From: Candidatus Iainarchaeum sp.
Lineage (GTDB): Archaea > Iainarchaeota > Iainarchaeia > Iainarchaeales > JAGVWC01
Direction of reading: 5' to 3'
Length of the DNA stretch: 64,000 bases
Assembly (NCBI GenBank): GCA_018304465.1
Contig: JAGVWC010000011.1
Coordinates: forward strand, 64,001 to 128,000
The notes below the pieces were generated by a model, which was not told where the DNA came from, ran no database searches, and saw only the letters and a program-made list of their open reading frames with translations. The position numbers were made by a program, and so were the translations under genes. Below, in pieces: positions 1-10,159 of this stretch (the stretch's first letter is position 1; every line of letters starts with the position of its first letter).

Positions 1-838
1 GCAATCCCGCGGATTGTTCGACAAAGAAGAAGGCGGTTTTTTTCGCTACTGCACCACGCGCGAGTGGAGTATTCCGCATTCCGAAAAAATGCTTGAAGAC
101 AACGCCCAACTCGTTGAAATCTTTGGCCGCGCCGGAAACCGGTTCAAAAAACCCGATTACATCAAAACCGCCCAAAAAACAATGGATTACCTTGAAAAAA
201 ACCTCAAAGACCCCGTTTCGGGTCTCTTTAACGGATCTCAAACCGCCGACGAAAAGTATTATTCCCTTTCGTTATCCGAACGCCAACAAAAAACCCCTCC
301 AACGAGCCAGGAAACCCAGTTTCTCGGAGGAAACGCGTTCATGGTGCGTGCGTTTCTTGGTTTGGGAAAAAACGAGGACGCACGAGTATTGCTCCAAAAA
401 ATAACCGCGATTTTTTATCGTGAAAACCACGTGCGACACAGCACCACACCCGGCTCGAACCTGTTTTGGCTCGAAGACGCCGCGCTTCTTTTGGACGCCA
501 TTCTAAACTATGAAGAAACAAATCCGGGTCAAAACAGCGACGAGGCTCCGATTCTTGCCGGCCTCATCATCAGAAAATTTTTCTCAGCCGATCAACACGC
601 GTTTGCCGACATTCCGGATTCCTCAGGACACCTTGGACTCCTCGCCGAACCGCTGTACCCGATTTTTGGAAACAGCCTCATGATCCGAAACCTGAACCGG
701 GTCAGCCGGCTCACCGGTAACCCCGAATGGAACGCGTATGCCAAAAAAACCTTTGCCTCGTTTTATTCCGATTACAAAAAACACGGAATTTTCGCGGCGA
801 CATACGCGTTGGCGGCATCTGAACTCAAAAACGCTTAG
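1..838 (+). CDS. YyaL/SPATA20-like thioredoxin-domain protein, C-terminal part (5' end outside window)
   Basis: FDKEEGGFFRY..W.IPH.EKMLEDNAQL motif typical of the YyaL family. Confidence 0.85.
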   Translation, partial: QSRGLFDKEEGGFFRYCTTREWSIPHSEKMLEDNAQLVEIFGRAGNRFKKPDYIKTAQKTMDYLEKNLKDPVSGLFNGSQTADEKYYSLSLSERQQKTPPTSQETQFLGGNAFMVRAFLGLGKNEDARVLLQKITAIFYRENHVRHSTTPGSNLFWLEDAALLLDAILNYEETNPGQNSDEAPILAGLIIRKFFSADQHAFADIPDSSGHLGLLAEPLYPIFGNSLMIRNLNRVSRLTGNPEWNAYAKKTFASFYSDYKKHGIFAATYALAASELKNA

Positions 839-841
839 CGT

Positions 842-1885
842 TTAAATGATCCGGTTCTGTTTTTTTCCCCGTTGGAACGCGACGATGTTCGACAAGGTTT
901 CGTCCAAAATCCGCTGTAACGCCTCTTTGGAATTAAACGCGTTGTGCGGCGTGATAATCACGTTCGGACGGTTTAACATCCGGTACTCGAGCAGCAACGA
1001 ATCTTTCTGCGTCTGGGACAAGTGCTGAAAAAACACCTGGGTTTCTTCCTTGACCAGGTTTTCGTTTTCAAGCACGTCAAGACCCGCTCCCGCGATCAAC
1101 TTGCGGTCCAACGCCCAGCTTAAAGCCGCGGTATCCACGATTCCGCCGCGCGCCGTATTGATCAGGATCGCGTTTTTTTTCATCGACCGGATATTTTTCT
1201 TGTTGATCAAATGAAAAGTCGACGGAAGCAAGGGACAATGCAGGCTCACCACATCCGAAGTTCTAAGCAATTCCTCCAATGAAACGAACTGGCAGTTAAA
1301 CTCCTTGACCCATTCTTGTTCCACGGTGGGATTATTCGCGATAATATTCATGCCAAACCCCTTGGCGATACGCGCCACGTGCCAACCGATACGCCCCGCC
1401 CCCACGATTCCGATGGTTTTTCCCTTCAAATCCCACCCCGTGAGACCCTTCGTGGAAAAATTCCCCCGCGTCGTGCGCTCGAACGCCAAATGCACTTTTC
1501 GAGAAAGATTCAGAATCAAGGCAAACGAGTGTTCGGCCACGGTGTTTTCACCATATGCCGGAACATTTGCCACCGCGATTTTTCGTCGACGGCATTCTTC
1601 AAGATCCACATTGTCAAAACCCGTGCTCATGCAACAAATCAGTTTCAGTTTCGGCAACCGATCCAATAACGATTTGTTCAATTTCGAATTCACGAACACG
1701 GTCAGGATTTCCGAATTCTCATGACGCTTGATATTTCCCTTGGTCAAGACCGAAGAATAACCAATGCCGGTCATTTTCGGAAGGGTTTTTTTAAACAATT
1801 CTTTTGCTTCCGGAACAAGGCTATAGAAAGACAATTGATTCGAAAAAACGGTTTTGGTCACGGTTCGGGAGCTGGACTTTTCCAT
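842..1885 (-). CDS. D-isomer-specific 2-hydroxyacid dehydrogenase (D-lactate dehydrogenase-like)
   Basis: STGFDNVD, GIVGAGRIG, INTARGG, GLDVLE, TPHNAF motifs. Confidence 0.9.
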   Translation of the reverse strand: MEKSSSRTVTKTVFSNQLSFYSLVPEAKELFKKTLPKMTGIGYSSVLTKGNIKRHENSEILTVFVNSKLNKSLLDRLPKLKLICCMSTGFDNVDLEECRRRKIAVANVPAYGENTVAEHSFALILNLSRKVHLAFERTTRGNFSTKGLTGWDLKGKTIGIVGAGRIGWHVARIAKGFGMNIIANNPTVEQEWVKEFNCQFVSLEELLRTSDVVSLHCPLLPSTFHLINKKNIRSMKKNAILINTARGGIVDTAALSWALDRKLIAGAGLDVLENENLVKEETQVFFQHLSQTQKDSLLLEYRMLNRPNVIITPHNAFNSKEALQRILDETLSNIVAFQRGKKQNRII

Positions 1886-1987
1886 GAATATACCTCATTA
1901 CCCAACTATTAAAATACTATAACTCCTCTATGATATATACCACGCTTCTTTAAAAACTTTTGAAACAAAACCATCGGAAGGAAAAAA

Positions 1988-2944
1988 ATGCAACTATCAG
2001 CAACGGTTCCAAGAACCATTGAAAAAGAACCGATTTGGGATCTCGTCATTGTCGGATACGGCGTTACGGGTCTTGCTGCCGCTATGTACGCGGGGCGGCT
2101 CGAAATGAAAACGCTTCTGGTCGGGGAAAATCCTGGCGGCGTCATCACGTGGACCGACATCGTTGAAAATTATCCTGGTTTTATCAAGCTCACGGGACAA
2201 GAACTCGTCGACAAACTCAAAGTGCACGCCCAACAATACAACGTTCCGATGGAATACGACCGCATCGAAACCATCGAGAAAAACAATAACGGTTCGTTTC
2301 GACTTGTCGGAGTGGATAAAACCTATCACGCAAAAGCTGTGCTGATTGCCACCGGAACCAAAGTCAAAAAACTCGAAGTACCCGGACTGGAAAAATTCGA
2401 CATGCGCGGAGTCCAGTATTGCGCATTATGCGACGGCGCGTTGTTTAAAGGACGAAACATCGCGGTGATCGGCGGAAGCGATTCCGCTGCCAAAGAAGCC
2501 ATTGTACTATCTCGATTCGCTCGCCAAGTCTACATGATTTATCGCGGAGACGCCATCCGAGCCGAACCCTCAAACCGCGACCGCATCAAACTGATTCCCA
2601 ACATTGAAATCATCACGAACACCAACGTGACCGAATTCTTGGGGACCAAATTCCTTGAAAAAATAAAAATCGACCGTCCCTACAACGGAAAAACCGAATT
2701 GCCCCTGGACGCGGTGTTCGTTGCCATCGGTCACATTCCCTTATCCGAAATCGTCAAAGAACTTGGCGTCAAAACCAACAACCACGGAGAAATCATCATC
2801 GACCGGGAATCCAAAACCAACGTTGCGGGAATATTCGCCGCAGGCGACGTCGTGGACACCAAATTCAAACAAGCCATCGTTGGCGTGGGCGAGGCAGTCG
2901 TCGCCGTGTATTCCGCTTTTCAGTTCGTTTCCGAGAAAAAATAA
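1988..2944 (+). CDS. trxB: Thioredoxin reductase
   Basis: VENYPGF, CALC redox motif, GGSDSA, FAAGDV. Confidence 0.9.
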   Translation: MQLSATVPRTIEKEPIWDLVIVGYGVTGLAAAMYAGRLEMKTLLVGENPGGVITWTDIVENYPGFIKLTGQELVDKLKVHAQQYNVPMEYDRIETIEKNNNGSFRLVGVDKTYHAKAVLIATGTKVKKLEVPGLEKFDMRGVQYCALCDGALFKGRNIAVIGGSDSAAKEAIVLSRFARQVYMIYRGDAIRAEPSNRDRIKLIPNIEIITNTNVTEFLGTKFLEKIKIDRPYNGKTELPLDAVFVAIGHIPLSEIVKELGVKTNNHGEIIIDRESKTNVAGIFAAGDVVDTKFKQAIVGVGEAVVAVYSAFQFVSEKK

Positions 2945-2948
2945 TTCC

Positions 2949-3605
2949 CTATTTTTCGATCTTCAAAAAAATACCCGAAACGATTTTCGGATCCGCTTTG
3001 TCAAAAAAAATCGTTTTCACGATCGAACACCCGTTGACCACGAGCGGCAAGTCCACCAAAAAAACCTCGTCCGCTTCCGTCATTTCACCCAGAAAACTTT
3101 TTTTTCCGCCGATCGACTCCGCGATCCGAAACGAAAGCAAACCAACGCCGCCAATTCCAAGTGCTTCGGTTATTTTTTGAACCATGTCCTTTGAAAAACC
3201 GACTTCATGCAGGGCCCGAAAAGAAAAAATCACGTTGCACTCGCGCGGAAACGGGATCCTCCACGCGTCGCCTTCCAAAAAAACATCCGAGTGATTTTTC
3301 TTTGGGACCACCAGATCGATTCCGATGGTCTCGACTTTTTTACCGAACTTTTCCTTTAATTCAAACAAAGCCCGGGCTTTTCCGCATCCGATTTCAAGCA
3401 CCCGGACCGGAACCGGTTCCAAAAACCGCTCCGAAACAAAGTCTTCGATCGTCAACGGCTCCCCCATGTTTTTCAAAAAACCGTTGTATTGGGAAAGCGA
3501 GTTATCCTGGTCCAAAATACCCAGGGAATACTTTTCGGACAAACGGGCCATTTTTTTTTTTCGGTCAGTCATATGGACTATGTATAACACCGGCCAAAAA
3601 CCCAT
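2949..3605 (-). CDS. Class I SAM-dependent methyltransferase (true start may be downstream)
   Basis: VLEIGCGKA motif I, GID, EGDA. Confidence 0.75.
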   Translation of the reverse strand: MGFWPVLYIVHMTDRKKKMARLSEKYSLGILDQDNSLSQYNGFLKNMGEPLTIEDFVSERFLEPVPVRVLEIGCGKARALFELKEKFGKKVETIGIDLVVPKKNHSDVFLEGDAWRIPFPRECNVIFSFRALHEVGFSKDMVQKITEALGIGGVGLLSFRIAESIGGKKSFLGEMTEADEVFLVDLPLVVNGCSIVKTIFFDKADPKIVSGIFLKIEK

Positions 3606-3637
3606 TAAAAAACCTTTTGATTCTTTTCTTTTGTTGA

Positions 3638-4168
3638 ATGAAAATATACACCAAAACCGGCGATGACGGTTCCACGCGCCTGGGCAGCGGACAAGTGCTC
3701 AAAAAATCCAGCCAGCGCATTGAAGCCTACGGTCAAATCGATGAACTTACTTCCTGGATTGGCGCCGCATTGGCATTCATGAGCAAAGAAGAACACGTCG
3801 AAGTACTCCGGGAAATCCAAAACGACTTGCACAAAATGATGGCGGAACTCTCGCAAAGCGAAAAAAAATTCGAAGGAATCGGCGAAAAAGACATTTCCGT
3901 CATCGAAGCCCTCATTGACGATTACGTGGAACAAATGCCGCCGCTCACCGCGTTCATTTTGCCCGGCGGCAGTAAAACCGCGGCGCTCATCCATTTGTGC
4001 CGCACCAGTTGCCGAAAAGCCGAACGCGAAGTCGTCAAACTCGGCCAGGAAGAATTCGTCAACCCGGTTCTGATCAAATATTTAAACCGGCTGAGCGACT
4101 TGTTGTTCGTTTTGGCCCGAAAACTCAACCATGAAGCCGGTGTCGTGGAAAGCAATCCCGAATACTAG
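3638..4168 (+). CDS. pduO: ATP:cob(I)alamin adenosyltransferase, PduO type
   Basis: MKIYTKTGDDG, YGQIDEL, FILPGG, YLNRLSDLLF signature. Confidence 0.92.
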   Translation: MKIYTKTGDDGSTRLGSGQVLKKSSQRIEAYGQIDELTSWIGAALAFMSKEEHVEVLREIQNDLHKMMAELSQSEKKFEGIGEKDISVIEALIDDYVEQMPPLTAFILPGGSKTAALIHLCRTSCRKAEREVVKLGQEEFVNPVLIKYLNRLSDLLFVLARKLNHEAGVVESNPEY

Positions 4169-4222
4169 TTTTTTTTTCATTGTTCCCATTCTTTTTTATT
4201 CCGCTGGCATCCTATAGTATAC

Positions 4223-5728
4223 ATGGTGGATCACCCTCCAGCGATTTTTGTGGTTTTCGGCGCAACCGGCGACTTGTTCAATCGAAAGCTGGCGCCGGCG
4301 TTCTTTAAAATGTACCAAAGCGGCTGGCTCTCCGACGCATTCGCCGTTGTTGGAATCGCGAGAAAACCCAAAGCAAACGAAGAATTCCGCGAACAAGTCA
4401 AACACGCGGTTCAAACCCACAGCCGCGGCATCAGTGCCACCAAACTCGAATCGTTTTTACCGCATCTTTTTTATCACCAAACCCATTTTGACGAAGACGA
4501 AGGATTCGAAACCCTGAGAGAACTGATCCTGTTCCTGGACAAAGAGTTTCACACCCAACAAAACCTGGTGTTTTACCTTGCCACCTTGCCGCACCAGTTC
4601 CATTCTATTTCATCCAAACTCAAAAAACACGGATTGGACAAAACCAACGGTTTTTGCCGCGTCATCATTGAAAAACCATTCGGAAAAGACCTGCAAAGCG
4701 CCGCGTTGCTTAACCGCCAACTATCCGATGTTTTTTCCGAAGAACAAATTTTTCGAATCGACCATTACCTGGGCAAAGAACTGGTTCAAAACTTACTCAT
4801 CACGCGGTTTGCCAACGACATTTTTCAGCATCCCTGGAACAACAAATTCGTGGACAGCGTCCAAATCATGGTCGCGGAACAAACCGGAATCCAAAACCGC
4901 GGAACATATTACGAAAAAGCCGGCGTATTAAACGACATGGTGCAAAACCACATTCTGCAACTGGTCGCGCTCACGGCCATGGACGCGCCCAAAAGTCTTG
5001 ATGCAAAAGACATTGTCACGGAAAAAATAAAAGTGCTTAAACAACTGCATTCCTCGAACCGAAAAGGAAACAACGTCGTGGTCTTGGGACAATACCGGCA
5101 AGGAACTGTCGATGACAAACCCGTCGTGGGCTACCGCGAAGAAAAAGACGTGGACCCCTACTCGAACGTTCCGACGTTTGCCGCGCTTCGGCTTGAAATC
5201 AACAACAAAACCTGGAAAGGCGTTCCATTTTACATCCGGACCGGAAAACGCATGCCGAAAAATTCCGCGCGCATCTGGCTTGATTTTAAAAGCAAAACAA
5301 AACCGTTATTCCAAAATCTCAGTCAAAAAATTCACTCCAATCACCTCGAATTTCGCATCCAACCCGACGAAGGCATCGCGCTTTTCTTCAATGTCAAAGT
5401 TCCCGGACGAAAACTCGAAATAAAACCGTATCACCTGGACTTTTGCCACGAATGCGAATTCGCGTTAAACACGCCCGAAGCTTACGAACGCTTGCTCTCT
5501 GACTGCTTGCATAACGACAAAACGCTTTTCACGAGCTGGGAAGAAACTCGCTACGCGTGGAAAGTCCTCGAACCCATCAAGCACATCTGCGAACACACCG
5601 TCACGGAATGCCCGACGTATCTCGCGGGAACCTGGGGTCCCAAAGAAGCCGACGAACTCATCGAAAAAGACGGCCGAACCTGGCATGCGCCAAAAGACTA
5701 CACTGGAGGGAAAAACGGTGCCTATTAA
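4223..5728 (+). CDS. zwf: Glucose-6-phosphate 1-dehydrogenase (bacterial type)
   Basis: GATGDL, EKPFG, RIDHYLGKE, DMVQNH, GVPFYIRTGK. Confidence 0.97.
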   Translation: MVDHPPAIFVVFGATGDLFNRKLAPAFFKMYQSGWLSDAFAVVGIARKPKANEEFREQVKHAVQTHSRGISATKLESFLPHLFYHQTHFDEDEGFETLRELILFLDKEFHTQQNLVFYLATLPHQFHSISSKLKKHGLDKTNGFCRVIIEKPFGKDLQSAALLNRQLSDVFSEEQIFRIDHYLGKELVQNLLITRFANDIFQHPWNNKFVDSVQIMVAEQTGIQNRGTYYEKAGVLNDMVQNHILQLVALTAMDAPKSLDAKDIVTEKIKVLKQLHSSNRKGNNVVVLGQYRQGTVDDKPVVGYREEKDVDPYSNVPTFAALRLEINNKTWKGVPFYIRTGKRMPKNSARIWLDFKSKTKPLFQNLSQKIHSNHLEFRIQPDEGIALFFNVKVPGRKLEIKPYHLDFCHECEFALNTPEAYERLLSDCLHNDKTLFTSWEETRYAWKVLEPIKHICEHTVTECPTYLAGTWGPKEADELIEKDGRTWHAPKDYTGGKNGAY

Positions 5729-6347
5729 AATCATCGATATCTCCATGCCGATCACAAACGAAATGTCCGTGTACAAAAACAAACCAGACAAAAAACCGTT
5801 GATTTCAATCGAACAAACCATCGAACACGGCGCGCAAGAAACCCGCCTGGACATGAATCTTCACACCGGAACCCATTTTGACGGACCTAATCACATGATC
5901 AAAGACGCGTTTTCGGCGGACCAACAACTCGGAACCCAATTCGTGTTTGCCGCGCAAGTACTCGACGTATCGGACGCGCTGGAGGCAATCGACGCCACGG
6001 TTCTTGAAACCAAAACCATTAGCCCCGGCAAATTCATTCTCTTAAAAACCACAAACTCTTCCGACGAAACATTCGACCCCCGATTTGTTTATTTGGAAAA
6101 AACCGGTGCCCAAAAACTGGTCCAAGCCCATGTTGCCGGTGTCGGAATCGACGCGCTGGGAATCGAACGAGACCAACCCGAACACGAAACCCACCGGATG
6201 TTGATGCAAAACAACGTGCGGATCCTTGAAGGATTGCGATTGGCCCACGTTCCCGAAGGAAATTACACCTTGGTGGTGGCACCGCTTTCAATTCCGGGTT
6301 CGGACGCAACACCGGTACGCGCTTTTTTGATTTCCGAGGGGGACTAA
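5718..6347 (+). CDS. Cyclase-family (KynB-like) metal-dependent hydrolase
   Basis: HTGTHFDGP.H and GIDALG motifs; GTG at 5718 after GGAGG, overlapping the zwf stop. Confidence 0.88.
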   Translation: MPIKIIDISMPITNEMSVYKNKPDKKPLISIEQTIEHGAQETRLDMNLHTGTHFDGPNHMIKDAFSADQQLGTQFVFAAQVLDVSDALEAIDATVLETKTISPGKFILLKTTNSSDETFDPRFVYLEKTGAQKLVQAHVAGVGIDALGIERDQPEHETHRMLMQNNVRILEGLRLAHVPEGNYTLVVAPLSIPGSDATPVRAFLISEGD

Positions 6348-6350
6348 ATC

Positions 6351-7247
6351 ATGCGGATTGGCTTTATCGGACTCGGACGCATGGGCAAAAACATGGTCCT
6401 GCGGCTTCTAAGCAAAAAACATTCCGTCGTGGCATGGAACCGATCCATCGAACCGCTCCAAGAAGTGGAATCCCACGGCGCCATTGGTGCCACCGACTTT
6501 AAAAATCTTGTATCCCAATTGCCGTCTCCGCGCATCATTTGGACCATGCTTCCGGCCGGCGATGTCACGGAAAAAACTTTGGCGGAACTATTGGAGTTGC
6601 TTTCGAAGGGGGATATTGTGATTGATGGCGCCAATTCAAATTATGTAGACACTGTGCGTCGTGGCGAACAGTTCAGGGAACGCGGAATCCATTTTTTCGA
6701 CGCGGGAGTTTCCGGCGGAATCGTAGGCGCTCAAATCGGATACTGCATCATGATCGGAGGCCCCCAAGCGGCATTTAAAACCATCGAACCCCTTTTTTCC
6801 GATTTAACCCAACCCGAAGGCTACCGGTACCTCGGACCCAGCGGCGCCGGACACTTTGTCAAAATGGTCCACAACGGAATCGAATACGCCATGATGCAAG
6901 GCATGGCCGAAGGCTTTAACCTCCTCAAAAACGGGCCGTATCCCCACCTCGATTTGAACGCAACCGCCACACTCTGGCAACACGGAAGCATTATCCAGTC
7001 CTTTTTGCTCGAACAAACCCAAAAAGGCCTTGAAAAAGACCCTGGATTATCCTCTTTTTCGGGTCACGTGGAAGATTCCGGCGAAGGCCAATGGACGATT
7101 GAAACCGCCTTGAAATACAAAATCCCGGTTGAAACGATTGCCGCCGCGCTTTTTTCGCGTTATCATTCGCGAAAACGCGGCGAATTCGGACACAAAACAT
7201 TGTCTTTGCAACGATCGCAATTCGGCGGCCACCCGGAAAAAAAATAA
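6351..7247 (+). CDS. gnd: 6-phosphogluconate dehydrogenase, decarboxylating (short YqeC/GntZ type)
   Basis: GLGRMG, DAGVSGG, KMVHNGIEY, SQFGGH. Confidence 0.93.
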   Translation: MRIGFIGLGRMGKNMVLRLLSKKHSVVAWNRSIEPLQEVESHGAIGATDFKNLVSQLPSPRIIWTMLPAGDVTEKTLAELLELLSKGDIVIDGANSNYVDTVRRGEQFRERGIHFFDAGVSGGIVGAQIGYCIMIGGPQAAFKTIEPLFSDLTQPEGYRYLGPSGAGHFVKMVHNGIEYAMMQGMAEGFNLLKNGPYPHLDLNATATLWQHGSIIQSFLLEQTQKGLEKDPGLSSFSGHVEDSGEGQWTIETALKYKIPVETIAAALFSRYHSRKRGEFGHKTLSLQRSQFGGHPEKK

Positions 7248-7334
7248 TTCATTTCAAAACAAACGGGTTCTATTCCTTCAAATCTAAAGCCTTTTTTCCG
7301 CAGAGATTAATAACCCATCGGACTTTTCTTCGAT

Positions 7335-7904
7335 ATGAACTTTTTCCGGCTCCTCCACGACAACGACATCATTCGACGCTACATCGTCATGAATTCGTTC
7401 GACGGAACCCTCACCAGTCTTGGAATCCTCATCGCGATGAAACTCTCCAACATCACCGACGTCAAATTGATCGTGATTTCAGCCATCGGAGTGATCTTTG
7501 CAACCGGCATCAGCGGCGTTTGGGGTGCGTACCTCGTTGAAAAAGCCGAACGAAAACACGAACTCGCGGAATTACACCGGCTTTCCCCCAAAGAAGACCT
7601 CGAAGAACGCCGACGTGAATTCAAACAACTGACAATCCTGATGGGAATCGCGAATGGCGCAAGCTCGGCGTTGATCGGACTGGTCATCATCAGTCCGTTT
7701 TTTATGGCGAGCATCGGAACACTCTCGGTTTCGAACGCGTTCAATTATTCTTTTTTCCTGGTTTTTTTGGCGCTTATCCTCATTGGAAGTTTTACCGCGC
7801 GCATCGCGCGAGAACCGGTTGTAAAACACGCCATCATGACGATTTTGGCCGGATTATTCGTCGGCGCCGTCATCTATTTGTTCGAATTATTGAAATTTAT
7901 CTGA
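7335..7904 (+). CDS. VIT1/CCC1 family membrane protein
   Basis: MNSFDGTLT and GAYLVEKAE motifs; several hydrophobic segments. Confidence 0.75.
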   Translation: MNFFRLLHDNDIIRRYIVMNSFDGTLTSLGILIAMKLSNITDVKLIVISAIGVIFATGISGVWGAYLVEKAERKHELAELHRLSPKEDLEERRREFKQLTILMGIANGASSALIGLVIISPFFMASIGTLSVSNAFNYSFFLVFLALILIGSFTARIAREPVVKHAIMTILAGLFVGAVIYLFELLKFI

Positions 7905-7973
7905 ACCGAATCCCGGTTGCACATTTGCACCAGCAGACAAACGAATTAATCCTTTTCGCAAATAGAATTATGC

Positions 7974-8519
7974 ATGAACGACCGGGCCAGAAGTTTTTTT
8001 GCGGTCAATTTTTCTTTGGACGTGCAAGACGAAATCACCCGGACATTGGTTTCGAAAATTCCTTCCGATGGATTCGGACGAACCCGCGTAGAAAACCTTC
8101 ACCTGACTCTTTTTTTCCTCGGAAACATTTCCAAAGAACAAGTCGAACAATTAAAAGAAAAAACCCTTTCGTTGACCCAAACCAACCCGTTCGAAATCGA
8201 ATTAAACGGAATCGGCCACTTCAAAAACAACATCATCTGGCTTGGAACCGGCAAAGGAACACCCGAAATCCAAGCGCTTGCAACAAACCTGGGAGACGCC
8301 ATCGGAATCAAACCCGCGGATTTTCACGCGCACATTACGCTTGCGCGAACCAAAAGCGCGTCCCCTCGAAGTGTTCGAGAAACCGTTGAAAAACTTCGAT
8401 CCGAAAAATACTCCAAAAAAATCTTCGTACGAGGATTCGATTTGATGCAATCCACCTTGACCCACCAAGGACCCCGCTACAAGGTCCTTTTTTCGATTTG
8501 TTTTGAAGAACCCCGCTGA
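7974..8519 (+). CDS. thpR: RNA 2',3'-cyclic phosphodiesterase (2H family)
   Basis: Two HxT motifs (HLTL, HITLAR); STLT..GPRY. Confidence 0.9.
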   Translation: MNDRARSFFAVNFSLDVQDEITRTLVSKIPSDGFGRTRVENLHLTLFFLGNISKEQVEQLKEKTLSLTQTNPFEIELNGIGHFKNNIIWLGTGKGTPEIQALATNLGDAIGIKPADFHAHITLARTKSASPRSVRETVEKLRSEKYSKKIFVRGFDLMQSTLTHQGPRYKVLFSICFEEPR

Positions 8520-9151
8520 CCCGTTAATTCAAGCGAAAGCGAATCATCAAACCGGCCGAAAAAATACCGGTACGTTGGAGACAACACTTTTTTCCATTTA
8601 AACCCCTTTTTTTTCATGACATCAAACAAACGAATATCCAAAAAATCTCCGACAAAACCACCCGCGTCCAAAAAACGTCGGCGTTTTCCGAACAAGATGC
8701 CAAGAACGCATTCGATTTTGGAAACCGGAATCGTTTTTTTCGGATGAAAATAATCCGCCACCCGCAACACCTGTTTTTTTTCCGGTGAAACCACGATGAA
8801 CGAACCCAGCACAAAATCAAGCGACGGATCCGCGTTCAAAACCCCTACAAGAGTTGACACGTGATCGGGAAGCAATTCATCATCCGAATCCACAAACCCC
8901 ACGTATTCCGAACGACAATGTTCAAGCCCCCAATTGAGGGTTTCGGCTTGACCGTGATGGCCCAATTTGAAGTATTTCACGCGCGCATCCACAAGAAAAG
9001 GACGGACCCTGTGTTCGGTTTCATCCGTGCTGCCATCGTCCAAAATCCAATACTCAAAATCCCGGTTCGATTGCTTTAGAACCGACGAAATCGTCTGGGA
9101 AATCGAGTGACTCCGATTATACGTCGCGGTAAAAATCGTGGTTTGAACCAT
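8477..9151 (-). CDS. Glycosyltransferase family 2
   Basis: TYNR, LDDGSTD, FVDSDD. Confidence 0.88.
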   Translation of the reverse strand: MVQTTIFTATYNRSHSISQTISSVLKQSNRDFEYWILDDGSTDETEHRVRPFLVDARVKYFKLGHHGQAETLNWGLEHCRSEYVGFVDSDDELLPDHVSTLVGVLNADPSLDFVLGSFIVVSPEKKQVLRVADYFHPKKTIPVSKIECVLGILFGKRRRFLDAGGFVGDFLDIRLFDVMKKKGFKWKKVLSPTYRYFFGRFDDSLSLELTGQRGSSKQIEKRTL

Positions 9152-9181
9152 AGTATCTGGTGGTTGCGAAAAGAATAAACG

Positions 9182-10159
9182 TCAATTGGGAAGTGTCAAA
9201 ACCCGGTTTGTGCGAAGAATCTGGTATTTGGTGGCTTTCACTGAAAAATTGAAATCCATGCTTCGAAACGATTGAATAGACCGGTTAAAATCAAGCCCGA
9301 TGTTCATGTCCACGGAACGATTGGCATCCGACCACGCGCGAAACCTTGGACCGAACGCCAAGGTGACTCCTTTGGAATGACAATTTGGCCCGCTGCAAGT
9401 CAAAAAAACATTGAAATCCGCAGTCGTGGCATAATGACCTGACACCAGCGTCTGACTCAATGTGCATTTTTGACACGAGTCCACCAGAAAATTCACCGAA
9501 AAAAACGGCAGCGGATTCGCGGGGTTAAAACTGTCCGTCGGGCACGAAGAACCGTTGCAGCGCAAAAAATTAAAATCCGCGGAAGGGTCTTTCACCAAAA
9601 TATTGATGTCCGTTCGCCGGATCGAATTGGGGTCAAACATTGACGAACACGCCTGGGAACCGCCCCCGTCCACGGTCGACTGTGCAAGGGAAAGCTGGTA
9701 GCGCGCGCACACGGGCTCGAGCAAAAACGACGGCGAATCCAGAATCGATCCCCAATTCAAATCCGTCGCCGCGTTCATGTCGATCAAAATTTCCGTGCGA
9801 TTCAAATCGTCGTGCAATCCAAGATAAAAAACACGGTACCCCTGAACCGAATCAAAGTACCCTGAAAACACCTGTTGATTTAACGGCAGTTCCTGCGACA
9901 AAATAATCCGGTGGGGATTGATCAAAATATACGAAAACGGAAGCCCTTGTTCCACGATTTTTTTTCTCCCTCCGTTCAAATCCAACTGAACCAGCGAACG
10001 TTCGATATCGCGATACACTTTTCCAAGCTCCCGAAGCCTTGTTAATTCAGGCTGCGGTTCCAAATCCCGCGTAGACGACCGGATTTCCGAATTCAAGGTC
10101 AAGATCGCCAAAACGAACAGCAACGCGATCAACGTAAACAAGATTCCCCGCTGGTTCAC
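9182..10159 (-). CDS. Class III signal-peptide (pilin-like) protein
   Basis: GTG at 10159 overlaps the upstream TGA (GTGA); begins MNQRG-ILFTL followed by a hydrophobic helix. Confidence 0.7.
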   Translation of the reverse strand: MNQRGILFTLIALLFVLAILTLNSEIRSSTRDLEPQPELTRLRELGKVYRDIERSLVQLDLNGGRKKIVEQGLPFSYILINPHRIILSQELPLNQQVFSGYFDSVQGYRVFYLGLHDDLNRTEILIDMNAATDLNWGSILDSPSFLLEPVCARYQLSLAQSTVDGGGSQACSSMFDPNSIRRTDINILVKDPSADFNFLRCNGSSCPTDSFNPANPLPFFSVNFLVDSCQKCTLSQTLVSGHYATTADFNVFLTCSGPNCHSKGVTLAFGPRFRAWSDANRSVDMNIGLDFNRSIQSFRSMDFNFSVKATKYQILRTNRVLTLPN

